Source: Patescibacteria group bacterium (GTDB lineage: Bacteria; Patescibacteriota; UBA1384; DATEAH01). From it: a stretch of 64,000 bases of DNA. Of the stretch, positions 19,749 through 29,349 are shown in pieces. The translations under genes and the position numbers were made by a program. Each line of letters starts with the position of its first letter. Position 1 is the stretch's first letter. The DNA is taken from contig DATEAH010000006.1 in NCBI GenBank assembly GCA_035288465.1, positions 27,770 through 91,769 of the forward strand, read 5' to 3'. The notes under the pieces were generated by a model. The model was not told the DNA's origin. It searched no databases and saw only the letters and a program-made list of their open reading frames with translations.

Positions 19749-20933
19749 TTGAAAAAATCAACGAAAATCATTTTAATCGCTTCTGGAACAGTAATATTAG
19801 TAAGCGTTATTTTGATTGTGATTTTTGCCTATATTTCAAAGGCTAGCCCAAACACACCAGAACCAGGACAGCCGAATTTAAAACTACCACCAAAACCTAC
19901 AAATGTTAAAGCCGAGCTGGTTAATGTCCCGGGTAAGGGAAAAGCCATTTATATAACATGGGAAGCGCCTGAAACATACAATATTACTATTACAACATCT
20001 ACACCGACTCTTCCTTCTCGCCCTGGCGAAGGCACCACGCCTCAACAAACCCCAAAAACATATGATTATCATTTTGAAGTTACCATAAACAAAACTTCGC
20101 TTTTTAATGGAAAACCTCAAATTGTAGATGGAATTGTGCCCAGGGACCAAGAAGGTGCTTTTAAAATTGGGAAAAATCGATTTAGATATCAACATTTTAT
20201 TACTTACTCGGATCGAGAACAAAGTTATGGTGTTACAACTATTGCCTCCGGGCAAATCGCCGGATTATATGATAGACCAAATTCTATACCCGTTTATACA
20301 TCTTATAAACCCACCAACCAATCAGATGATGACCTTGCCCGCAATTTAGCCCAAAAATACAGCCAAGCCTGTTCGGATCTTAACGAATTATATAAACCAA
20401 GCAATCGTTCAAAATATTGGTATGATGTCAGCAAAGCCGAAGCCCGGATTCAAGCATTTATTGGAGGCAGTGGTACTGCAATTACCCCATCTGAATTAAC
20501 CGAAGATGGCATTAAATTATATTATCAATTGCAAAATGAGGTTGCAGACGCGAATGCTAATTTAAACGAGCTAAGCGGACGAGGTTGGGATGATGCACAT
20601 TCATTTCCAAGTATCGCAATGTGCGGACCAAGACAGGTGAATATTACAACTTTTGGCAAGATGAAGGAAGAATTAGCAATTTTATCCAAGTCTGCACCTG
20701 GTGCGGGACCAAGTGCTGGAGTAGTTACGGGCGGCAGTGATTGCACACAAAGCAACTTATTAGAAAAAATTAGCTGCGATATTGTTACGGGAATTCTTAA
20801 TTTTTTAGCCCAATCCTTTGATTTTGCTTTAAATTTGGTCAAAGATTGGTCAGGTATTTCAGATTCTCCGGCAACAACCCCAACAACCTCGCCTATACCA
20901 ACTCCCTCCACAGCCCCATCTACTACTCCCTAA
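19749..20933 (+). CDS. Membrane-anchored hypothetical protein (FN3-like start, Pro/Thr linkers)
   Basis: N-terminal TM, PPKPTNVKAE...ITWEAP; first gene of the T4SS-like cluster. Confidence 0.6.
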   Translation: MKKSTKIILIASGTVILVSVILIVIFAYISKASPNTPEPGQPNLKLPPKPTNVKAELVNVPGKGKAIYITWEAPETYNITITTSTPTLPSRPGEGTTPQQTPKTYDYHFEVTINKTSLFNGKPQIVDGIVPRDQEGAFKIGKNRFRYQHFITYSDREQSYGVTTIASGQIAGLYDRPNSIPVYTSYKPTNQSDDDLARNLAQKYSQACSDLNELYKPSNRSKYWYDVSKAEARIQAFIGGSGTAITPSELTEDGIKLYYQLQNEVADANANLNELSGRGWDDAHSFPSIAMCGPRQVNITTFGKMKEELAILSKSAPGAGPSAGVVTGGSDCTQSNLLEKISCDIVTGILNFLAQSFDFALNLVKDWSGISDSPATTPTTSPIPTPSTAPSTTP

Positions 20934-20961
20934 ATTAATAATTTATTTAAATTAATATAAT

Positions 20962-23589
20962 ATGAATAAAACCAAAAAGATTTTTCTAATTTATTTAATT
21001 ATTTTTATGCTTTCTATTTTTATTTTACCGAAAGCAATCTTTGCACAAAGTTCAGCGGATAACCAGCAGAATGCCAACCAAACAAATACCACTAATTCTA
21101 CAAATTCCACCAATCCTCTCCCGGGTACGGTTGTCACTGGATCAAACGACCCAACAGCCGCCGAACATCGCAGCCTTTCGACACAATTAAGGAAAAATAA
21201 TTTTATTAAAGAAGCTTGGAAGTATGTTTTAGCCCTTTTAAATGCTGTCGTAGTTTTAGGTTTAATTTTTATCGCCTTGGCTAATATGTTGAGAATTAAT
21301 GTTGAAACATATGAAATCAGGCGAATGCTACCGGCAATTATTATCGGTGTAATTTTAGCGAACTTTAGCTATTTAATTTGCCGAGTAATGGTTGATTTTA
21401 CCCAGGTGTTAGCTGACTTTTTTATTAAAGGCGTTACCGGCCAAGATCTTTTGGTTGTTTTTGGTTTCGCGGATTTGGCGCCGGGTGATACTGCACCAAC
21501 TGTGGGGACAATGCTTAAAGTTTTAATGGCATTTAACATTGGCGGCGGGGTTATTACAGGTGTTGCGACTGGCGGTTTAGGCGGAGCACTTTTTATCATT
21601 GGTGGCGCTTTTTTAATTATTGGGGTACCATTTTTATTAATTTTGTTTATTGGTTTGTTGTTGGCAGTTCGAATTTATATGATTTGGGCATTAGTAATCT
21701 TGTCGCCAATCGCCTTTTTCGGCTTATTTTTTACGCCAATAACTAAATTCACTTGGCAAACCTGGTGGAGCATGTTTGTACGCTGGATCTTTTTTGCCCC
21801 GTTTTCTTTTGTTTTTATTAAATTAGCAACAATTGTGGCTAAATCCAGCTGGCCTGAGGGCTCTGGCCCAGGTTTTGCAAAATGGTTTTTTGGGGTAGTG
21901 CTTTTTGCTTTAGCAATTTATATTCCCTATATGCTCGGTGGGAAAATCGTTTCCGGCTGGACCGGTTTATGGAAAAGCGCCGCTAGATACGGCGCAATCG
22001 GGTTAGATAAAGGTAGAAAAGGGGTTGGGGCCTGGGTTACTGGCAGATATAAAGACGAAAATAGGTGGCAAAATAAATTTGGAAAGGCTTTAATGTTTAG
22101 CCCATCAGTTGTTTGGGCTGATAGAGTAAAACAGTCGCAAAAAGACGTTGAATTAGCAACGCGCACCGGTCCACTCAGATCCATCGGAGGAAAGAGATCT
22201 TTAACTGAAACAAGAATTGGGTTTGGAGAAGCAATGGCCGGCAAAGATCTTGCATTATCAGAAAGTATTTTTACTGCTGCACCAACGAGAAACCCAAATG
22301 TCAATAGGTCGGGAATTGATGAATACATCCAAAACAAAGCAGCTAACCCCAAATATCAACTTGCCGGCGACGATGCAATATTAATTGCTGGAGAATCATG
22401 GATAGGCGAAGCGAAAAGGCAAGCGCAACAAGGAGAAGCTAATGCTCAAACTTTAATGTGGCGCCATTTTAATAATGCTGGGGTTGATTTAAATAATCCC
22501 CTCACCAAACAACAGGAAAAAAACCAGTTCTTAAAAGAAGCCAAGGAATCCTATGACGCTGGCTATAAACGGACCCAATCGGTTGCGGGAACTGTTATTG
22601 GACAAGTTGAACCACCTCCGGGCGGTGGACCCATAGCTGGTGGTCCGGGTGGTCCCGAAGGTCCATCAACTCTACCAAATTTTAATAAGGAATTAGAAAT
22701 TTCCGAACCATTAAGGGTTCATCTTCAACCTGAGATAGAAAGCGGCAGATTAAAACTAAGTGATGTCAGAGCCGCTATTAGAGAACTGGAAAATCCATTG
22801 GCAGGAGACTCAAGCTTTGTAATGAATAGGGCTTTTAGTTTTGTCCAAAGATATACCCCGACCGAAAAAGTTGAAATCGGACACTTAAAAGGAAATCGAG
22901 AAGAATTGCTTAAACATTTACAAAATATGGAAAGTTTGGGAAGAGCGATTAAAGATAATCCTGGGGTAACCCCGGAAGTCATTAAACAAAAACATTTAAT
23001 AAACTTAACGCAAGACTGGGATGTTGGGCAAATTCATGATACAATTTCGGGTGCAACTCAAGGAAAAACCCCTGAAGGAATCCGGGCTGCTTTAAATGAA
23101 GATACATTAAAAGTACCGTTAAAACAGAAAGTTTTGACATATTTAACTACCTCGGGTGTAGGTGTCGAACAAGCCAAAAAACAACTTGATGCAACTTATG
23201 GTGATCTGGTTGATAATCTAAGCAAGTTACCTGCAGGAAGAACAACTCGTAGCGCAACCTCTGAAATATTATTAAGATATACAAAACCTACTCTAAAAGT
23301 TACTGAAACACCTGGTCCTGCTCCAATTCCCAATAAACCTGCTGCTCCCGCCTCTGCATCAACACAAGCTCCCGGCGCTCCCGGTGGCACTGCTCCTGCC
23401 ACGTCAGCAAAAACCAACCCTACCAATTCTGCGGCTCCTGAAGTTAGCGGCAAAACACCTTTCACCGATAAAGATATTGAGAATTTAACGAACCAGATTA
23501 ATGTTGAGCGTGCATCTGGTAATTTCGAAAAGTCTTATCAGCTAACAGAAACTAGAAATAAAATGATTGAAGAAAGAAAAATGAAATAA
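20962..23589 (+). CDS. VirB6/TrbL-like polytopic membrane protein with long cytoplasmic tail
   Basis: Signal peptide, LANFSYLICRVMVD, ~7 TM segments, RIYMIWALVILSPIAF; upstream of prgI/virB4. Confidence 0.65.
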   Translation: MNKTKKIFLIYLIIFMLSIFILPKAIFAQSSADNQQNANQTNTTNSTNSTNPLPGTVVTGSNDPTAAEHRSLSTQLRKNNFIKEAWKYVLALLNAVVVLGLIFIALANMLRINVETYEIRRMLPAIIIGVILANFSYLICRVMVDFTQVLADFFIKGVTGQDLLVVFGFADLAPGDTAPTVGTMLKVLMAFNIGGGVITGVATGGLGGALFIIGGAFLIIGVPFLLILFIGLLLAVRIYMIWALVILSPIAFFGLFFTPITKFTWQTWWSMFVRWIFFAPFSFVFIKLATIVAKSSWPEGSGPGFAKWFFGVVLFALAIYIPYMLGGKIVSGWTGLWKSAARYGAIGLDKGRKGVGAWVTGRYKDENRWQNKFGKALMFSPSVVWADRVKQSQKDVELATRTGPLRSIGGKRSLTETRIGFGEAMAGKDLALSESIFTAAPTRNPNVNRSGIDEYIQNKAANPKYQLAGDDAILIAGESWIGEAKRQAQQGEANAQTLMWRHFNNAGVDLNNPLTKQQEKNQFLKEAKESYDAGYKRTQSVAGTVIGQVEPPPGGGPIAGGPGGPEGPSTLPNFNKELEISEPLRVHLQPEIESGRLKLSDVRAAIRELENPLAGDSSFVMNRAFSFVQRYTPTEKVEIGHLKGNREELLKHLQNMESLGRAIKDNPGVTPEVIKQKHLINLTQDWDVGQIHDTISGATQGKTPEGIRAALNEDTLKVPLKQKVLTYLTTSGVGVEQAKKQLDATYGDLVDNLSKLPAGRTTRSATSEILLRYTKPTLKVTETPGPAPIPNKPAAPASASTQAPGAPGGTAPATSAKTNPTNSAAPEVSGKTPFTDKDIENLTNQINVERASGNFEKSYQLTETRNKMIEERKMK

Positions 23590-23619
23590 AATAATACAAT
23601 AAAAAGAAAAGGAATAAAT

Positions 23620-24309
23620 ATGTTTAGATTATTTGGTGGTGGTCGCGGACCAGAGGGTATGCCAGACCATTCAACTGTCGGGCCAGAAGCTGAAAGATCC
23701 AATACGCCACCTCAACCTCCCCAAGATACTCCACAAACCCTAGACCCTTCTGAACCCTCAATAACAAATCAACCAGAAACAGGAGAAAATATTTTTATAG
23801 CTGTTCCCAAAGAATTAGCGCAAGAAGTTTTACCTACCATTCAATATATTTACAAAAATAATATAGATAAATTTATATTAAAAAGAAGCCACGATCCAAT
23901 CGCTACATTATTAAATCCGGAGCGAATTAAATCCGCAGGAGAAGAAAGACGGATCGACCAACTCGCTGAGGAAAAAATTACCAAAGGCGAAGCCGAAAAC
24001 CTCGATGAAGCAAGACAAAAATTACTTTATGAACATATTTATGCACCACCGATGGCTCAGCATCTTGATCAATTAAGACGAGGATTAGGCGCAGAAGAGA
24101 AAATAAATTTAACTTTTTTGACGGACAATTTACAAAGCCGGTTTGATCATGAAGATGGAGTAGCAAAGGGCGATCTAAAACACTGGAGTTACGAAAAACA
24201 CGGAGGAAAGGGTCCATCAAAAGAAACGGTCAAAAAATCCGAAAAAGAACGCGATAAAATGGATCGATTTTTAAAGGAATTGGCTAAGTTAATTCCGCCT
24301 AAATCATAA
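23620..24309 (+). CDS. Hypothetical protein
   Basis: 229-aa ORF in the operon with AGGA SD. Confidence 0.55.
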   Translation: MFRLFGGGRGPEGMPDHSTVGPEAERSNTPPQPPQDTPQTLDPSEPSITNQPETGENIFIAVPKELAQEVLPTIQYIYKNNIDKFILKRSHDPIATLLNPERIKSAGEERRIDQLAEEKITKGEAENLDEARQKLLYEHIYAPPMAQHLDQLRRGLGAEEKINLTFLTDNLQSRFDHEDGVAKGDLKHWSYEKHGGKGPSKETVKKSEKERDKMDRFLKELAKLIPPKS

Positions 24310-24319
24310 GAGGAAGAAA

Positions 24320-25090
24320 ATGAATATATCGCCAGAAATGTCGCCAGAATTATTATCCCATGAAGGAAAACCAGTCTTTGCTGATTCACCAGAAACAGGT
24401 GATAATAGGTTAAAGATTGAATTCGCGGGGTTTGACCATGAAAAAGCCCCCATCAACGAATCGGAAATTAAAGATAAAGTTGCATGGCTAAAAGATGGCT
24501 TAGACAAAGAAGATCTCCAACCAGGATTGGTTGAGACTCTAATTAGCAAAATAGAATATAATCCTGTTCAAGTAGAAATTGATGAAAAATATGGTCTTGA
24601 GGGTAATGGGGCGCCTCATAAAGCTGCTGCATATTGTTATTTCATGGAAGGCAAAATTGTTTTTTATGACGCAGTTGCAAGTTGTAAAAGTTTTAATTAT
24701 ATTTTAGCCCACGAATTCGGTCATTTGGTTGCGACCCAAACCATGACCGAACCAGCCCGAGCCACATATTTAGCCAAGCGTGCCGATTTGTTGGCACAAG
24801 GAAAAATCCAAGACACGAGATATGTTGCCGGCATGAACGAAGATCTCAAGGATGGCGAAAGATTGGCTGAAGATTTCGCCTTATTAATGACTGATCAAAA
24901 AATGAATCGGGAATTAAGTCAGGCCCTAAAAGAAGCTATCAGGTCCAATTCGGCCGAACAAACTAAAATTAATTTACAAGCATCAATCGAGCGAGCCAAA
25001 AATATTCCTGACCAAGATAAACGTTTTGAAGATTCAAGTTTGATGGGAAGTTTAGAATATCCACGCAAGAAAAAACCCGGCGAAATATAA
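24320..25090 (+). CDS. Putative zincin metallopeptidase-like protein
   Basis: ILAHEFGH (HExxH) and downstream ERLAEDFA. Confidence 0.6.
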   Translation: MNISPEMSPELLSHEGKPVFADSPETGDNRLKIEFAGFDHEKAPINESEIKDKVAWLKDGLDKEDLQPGLVETLISKIEYNPVQVEIDEKYGLEGNGAPHKAAAYCYFMEGKIVFYDAVASCKSFNYILAHEFGHLVATQTMTEPARATYLAKRADLLAQGKIQDTRYVAGMNEDLKDGERLAEDFALLMTDQKMNRELSQALKEAIRSNSAEQTKINLQASIERAKNIPDQDKRFEDSSLMGSLEYPRKKKPGEI

Positions 25091-25179
25091 AAACAGGTTA
25101 TAGCTTTTAGGTTTCAGTTTCTAGAAAAAACCAAAAACCGACAACTATAAGCTAGCAAATAGAATCTAAAAAGGGAAAT

Positions 25180-25686
25180 ATGCAATTTGAGGTGCCGCAA
25201 AAAATTGATTTAGAAGACAAGGTAATCGGACCACTAACTTTAAAGCAGTTCTTTTATCTTTTGGCAGGTGGGATGCTTGATTATATTTGGTTTCGATTTT
25301 TCAGTTTTGCTATTTTCGTGATTTTGGCTTTGCCCACCACCGCCTTTTTTGTGGCCATGGCTTTGGCTCGAGTTCAAGATCAGCCTTTTCCAAAATTTTT
25401 AGGCAGTTTAGTTTTATATACCCTGCGACCAAAACAAAGAACCTGGGGTCGAGGCGCTCCCCTGCCAAAATTAATGGTGCGAACACCAAAATTAAAACAA
25501 GAGATCCAACCAGAAACTAAAAAAATGTCACCCGGGGAACTTGAAAAATTGGCGACAATCTTAGATACTAAAGGTTGGGACAAGGGTGAACCCGAGATGA
25601 AAGAAAGGGTAGTTTCACAGCCCGAAGCTCGTCCCAAACTTAATGTAGAGACGAATTCAAAATTAAAAAATCAAAATGCAAAATGA
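25180..25686 (+). CDS. PrgI-family (VirB3-like) protein
   Basis: QFEVPQKIDLEDKVIGPLTLKQF with two TM helices. Confidence 0.88.
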   Translation: MQFEVPQKIDLEDKVIGPLTLKQFFYLLAGGMLDYIWFRFFSFAIFVILALPTTAFFVAMALARVQDQPFPKFLGSLVLYTLRPKQRTWGRGAPLPKLMVRTPKLKQEIQPETKKMSPGELEKLATILDTKGWDKGEPEMKERVVSQPEARPKLNVETNSKLKNQNAK

Positions 25687-26100
25687 TAATGAAAATTTTA
25701 AAAATGAATTCAAAAAAAGACTATACTGTTTTGTCTTAAGGCTAATCAAATTTATAGAAAGTCTGTCAAAAAATGATATAGTTTGTAAAACTATTGGTAG
25801 CCAATTACTTAGAAGCGGAACAAGTATTTTAGCAAATTTTGTAGAGGCTAAATCCGCCAGCTCCAAAAGAGATTTTATTAATTTCTTTACGCATTCATTA
25901 AAATCCGCCAATGAATCAAAAATGTGGTTATGTTTATTAAAAGATACGGACAGAGGAAATAAAAACGAATTAAAATTTCTTCTTAAAGAATTAACTGAAA
26001 TATCAAAAGTAATCGCTTCGAGCATATTAACCCTTAAGGGTAAAAAATAATTTTGAATTTTAAACTGTCACTTTGATTTTTACATTTTGCAGTTTGAATT
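25654..26100 (+). mobile_element. Four-helix-bundle cassette 2 with inverted periodic arms
   Basis: Perfect terminal aattcaaa/tttgaatt; ~50-nt imperfect arms with caaaatg/cattttg periodicity. Confidence 0.65.
25676..26050 (+). CDS. Four helix bundle protein
   Basis: QLLRSGTSILANFVEAKSASSKRDFINFFTHSLKSANESKMWL. Confidence 0.93.
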   Translation: MQNDNENFKNEFKKRLYCFVLRLIKFIESLSKNDIVCKTIGSQLLRSGTSILANFVEAKSASSKRDFINFFTHSLKSANESKMWLCLLKDTDRGNKNELKFLLKELTEISKVIASSILTLKGKK

Positions 26101-26136
26101 ATGGAAGTATAAACAACAATAACATAAAGAGGGGCA

Positions 26137-26916
26137 ATGACTAGTTCTAGTTCTGGATTTGGTTCAAATTCGAAGCAGGCGCAGAAGAAAAAAGAAACTA
26201 CCCAGGCTCATTTGCCGATCGCCGAGATTCGAAATGGCTGCGTGGTTTTAAAAGACGGCAGTTTGCGTTTGGTGCTTTTGGTTTCCACTATTAATTTTGA
26301 CCTGAAAAACGAGGACGAGCAAAACGCCCTGGTTTATGCATATCAGAATTTTTTGAATTCCCTGACTTTCCCAATCCAAATTGTGATGCAATCGCGACGA
26401 ATTGATTTGTCGGGCTATTTATCAGAGTTAAGCGCCAGATTGCCGCAAATCGAAAATCCCCTTTTACAGCTTCAGATTGAAGATTATTCAGCGTTTATTC
26501 AAAAATTAATTACTGTCGCCAATATTATGAATAAAAAGTTTTTTATCGTCATCCCTTTTTTCCCGCCAGCCCTGAAACAAACGGCTGGTTTTTGGGAAAA
26601 AGCTAAATCTGCGATCACGGCGCAAGAACCAGTCATTGACATGACTCATTTTGAAGAATACCGCAAAGAATTGATCCAGCGGGCACAAGCAGCCGCTTCC
26701 GGATTAGCGGCTTTAGGTTTGCGAGCAATTCAACTGACAACTCAAGAATTAATTGAATTATATTACCAAAGTTATAACCCAGAATTGGCGGTCCGTGAAA
26801 AATTAATCCCGATTGAGCAATTATCCGCGGCGGTCAGCCAAAGCCGAGACCAAACGCCACCAAGCTCACCACCAACCAACAATTACGGACAAGGTCCAGC
26901 CGCCAATAAGCAGTAA
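26137..26916 (+). CDS. T4SS-associated protein (TraC/VirB4 N-terminal-like)
   Basis: TQAHLPIAEI, INFDLKNEDEQ, FLNSLTFPIQI, ELIELYYQSYNP; lies between prgI and virB4. Confidence 0.7.
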   Translation: MTSSSSGFGSNSKQAQKKKETTQAHLPIAEIRNGCVVLKDGSLRLVLLVSTINFDLKNEDEQNALVYAYQNFLNSLTFPIQIVMQSRRIDLSGYLSELSARLPQIENPLLQLQIEDYSAFIQKLITVANIMNKKFFIVIPFFPPALKQTAGFWEKAKSAITAQEPVIDMTHFEEYRKELIQRAQAAASGLAALGLRAIQLTTQELIELYYQSYNPELAVREKLIPIEQLSAAVSQSRDQTPPSSPPTNNYGQGPAANKQ

Positions 26917-26944
26917 ACATCCGCCAGCTGGCGGAAACAGACAG

Positions 26945-27054
26945 CAATCATCAATTACCAATCAAATCTTAAGTATCAAATTCTAAACCGTTTGGAATTT
27001 GAAAATTTAAATTTTAAAAATTGTTTAGAAATTAGGATTTAGAGATTAGAATTT
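26945..27054. repeat. ORF-less heptamer hairpin upstream of virB4
   Basis: aatcatcaattaccaatcaaat ... ttgtttagaaattaggatttagagattagaattt, followed by the aagccc-ccat-gggctt hairpin and SD. Confidence 0.65.
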
Positions 27055-27084
27055 AACAAGCCCCCATGGGCTTGAAGGAGCTGA

Positions 27085-28860
27085 ATGCCATTTTTAGGAG
27101 ATTTAAGATCAGGTCAAAAATCAGGCACGGAAAAAACCTATCGAGAAGGCTTGGCTTCGGTATTGGATTTAATTGCACCGGGCGATTTTATTGTCACCCC
27201 AAATTATCTGCAAATTAACCAATATTATGTGAAGACTTTATTTGTCTATACATACCCGCGATATTTATACACTAATTGGCTTTCGCCGGTCATCACTTAT
27301 GACGTCACCATGGATTTAGGCATGTTTGTTTATCCGGTGGAAAGCCGTAAAGCCTTAGAGGATTTAAAAAACCGGATTGGGCAGATGGAATCGGCATACC
27401 GAATGGAAAAAGAAAAAGGCTTGGTATCAGATCCTGAATTAGAAACCGCTATGCAAGATGTCGAGTCGTTACGATTTGCCCTACAAAAAGGCGAAGTTAA
27501 ACTTTTCAAGTTTTCACTTTATTTTACGATTTTTGCCAAAACTCCCGAGGAATTAGAAACCGTCACCCAACAACTCGAGAGCCATTTGGGCGGCAAATTG
27601 ATTTACACCAAGCCGGCATTTTTGCAAATGGAAGAAGGCTTTCACTCCACCTTGGCTTTGGGCTTAGATAATATTATGATTACTCAGAATTTGGACACCG
27701 GTTCGGTTTCTTCTACTTTTCCTTTTACCTCAACTGAATTGACCTCAAATGACGGCATTTTATACGGCATTAACCGCCACAACAATTCGCTGATTTTATT
27801 TGACCGCTTTGCTCTGGAAAACGCCAACATGGTGGTTTTTGGCAAGTCAGGCGGCGGTAAAAGCTACGCGATTAAATTAGAAGCGTTGCGGTCTTTGATG
27901 TGGGGTACGGACGTGATTGTCATTGACCCAGAAGATGAATACCGCAAATTAGCCGAATCCGTGGGCGGCACTTATTTAGAAATTTCGGTTAAATCCAAAC
28001 AGCGCATCAATCCGTTTGATCTGCCGAAAATTTCTGAAAATGAAACCGGCGAAGACGTTTTGCGGGAAGCGGTGGTTTCCGCGCATGGTTTGATTAACTT
28101 GATGGTTGGCGGTTTAACACCGGCCGAAGATGCACTGTTGGATCGCGCTTTGTTTGAAACCTATGCAATTAAGGATATTACCGTAGATCCGGTTTCACAT
28201 AAGAATCCCCCACCACTCTTGACGGATCTGCACAATGTGTTGAAAAATATGCGCGGTGCGGAAAATATTGTTTACAAGTTATCCAAATATACCGAAGGTT
28301 CATTTGCCGGCTTATTCAACCAGCCCACAAATGTGAATTTAGGCTCAGGATTTATTGATTTTTCGATTAAAAACTTGGAAGACCAGCTGCGCCCAGTCGG
28401 AATGTATTTGATTTTGAATTTTATTTGGCAAAAGGTCAAGTCTGAGATGCGTCGCCGAATTCTGATTGTTGATGAGGCGTGGTGGATGATGCAATACGAA
28501 GACTCAGCGCAATTTTTGTCAGGTTTGTGCCGGCGAGCCCGAAAATATTATTTGGGCGTCTCGGTGATTTCTCAAGATGTGGAAGATTTTTTGGCGAATA
28601 AATATGGCAAAGTGATTGTGAGCAACTCTGCTTTGCAGTTATTGTTAAAACAGTCACCGGCATCGATTGATAAAATTTGCGAGGTTTTTAATCTTACCGA
28701 AGGTGAAAAGTTTCTAATTTTAGAAGCCGACGTTGGCGAAGGGTTATTTTTTGCCGGTTTAAATCATGTCGCGATTAAGGTTATTGGTTCATATACCGAA
28801 GACCAAATTATTACTTCTGATCCGAAACAGATTCTGGCGATGCGGGGCAAAGCCGCGTAG
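27085..28860 (+). CDS. VirB4-like (TraC/ConE) T4SS ATPase
   Basis: Walker A GKSGGGKS, IDPEDEY, Walker B LIVDEAW, RRARKY, ISQDVEDF. Confidence 0.92.
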   Translation: MPFLGDLRSGQKSGTEKTYREGLASVLDLIAPGDFIVTPNYLQINQYYVKTLFVYTYPRYLYTNWLSPVITYDVTMDLGMFVYPVESRKALEDLKNRIGQMESAYRMEKEKGLVSDPELETAMQDVESLRFALQKGEVKLFKFSLYFTIFAKTPEELETVTQQLESHLGGKLIYTKPAFLQMEEGFHSTLALGLDNIMITQNLDTGSVSSTFPFTSTELTSNDGILYGINRHNNSLILFDRFALENANMVVFGKSGGGKSYAIKLEALRSLMWGTDVIVIDPEDEYRKLAESVGGTYLEISVKSKQRINPFDLPKISENETGEDVLREAVVSAHGLINLMVGGLTPAEDALLDRALFETYAIKDITVDPVSHKNPPPLLTDLHNVLKNMRGAENIVYKLSKYTEGSFAGLFNQPTNVNLGSGFIDFSIKNLEDQLRPVGMYLILNFIWQKVKSEMRRRILIVDEAWWMMQYEDSAQFLSGLCRRARKYYLGVSVISQDVEDFLANKYGKVIVSNSALQLLLKQSPASIDKICEVFNLTEGEKFLILEADVGEGLFFAGLNHVAIKVIGSYTEDQIITSDPKQILAMRGKAA

Positions 28861-28867
28861 CGACTTC

Positions 28868-29341
28868 AAACTCTAAGCACGAAACTCTAATTACTAAACA
28901 AACTACAATGACACAAATTTCAAATAACAAACAATACGATTTGGAAGATAGAACACTTAAGTTTGCCAAAACTATTATCCGGTTTATTAACAAATTACCC
29001 AAAACTATTTCTAATATTGAAATTGCCAGACAACTAATTAGATCTGCGGGTTCAATTGGTGCAAACTATATTGAAGCTAACGAGTCGTTAAGCAAAAAAG
29101 ATTTTATTATGAGAATAAAAATTTGTAAAAAAGAAGCGAAGGAAAGTCGTTATTGGCTCAATTTGATTGAAATAATTAAAAACCCCGAATTAGATGAAGA
29201 AAGATTAAACTATCTTCAAGAAACTACTGAATTGATGAAAATTTTTGGTTCAATATTAGAAAAAATAAAATAATTTTTTGGGATTTTGGAAAATTAATAT
29301 TTATTATTTGTTTAGAATTTAGATATTATAATTTAGGATTT
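28868..29341 (+). mobile_element. Four-helix-bundle cassette 3 with inverted periodic arms
   Basis: aaactctaagcacgaaactctaattactaaacaaa ... tttgtttagaatttagatattataatttaggattt. Confidence 0.65.
28908..29273 (+). CDS. Four helix bundle protein
   Basis: YDLEDRT ... QLIRSAGSIGANYIEANESLSKKDF ... KKEAKESRYWL. Confidence 0.93.
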   Translation: MTQISNNKQYDLEDRTLKFAKTIIRFINKLPKTISNIEIARQLIRSAGSIGANYIEANESLSKKDFIMRIKICKKEAKESRYWLNLIEIIKNPELDEERLNYLQETTELMKIFGSILEKIK

Positions 29342-29349
29342 AACTTACA

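Noticed and set aside
19299-29273. Diversity-generating retroelement (four-helix bundles as Avd)
   Set aside because: No reverse transcriptase and no TR/VR pair differing at adenines is visible in the window
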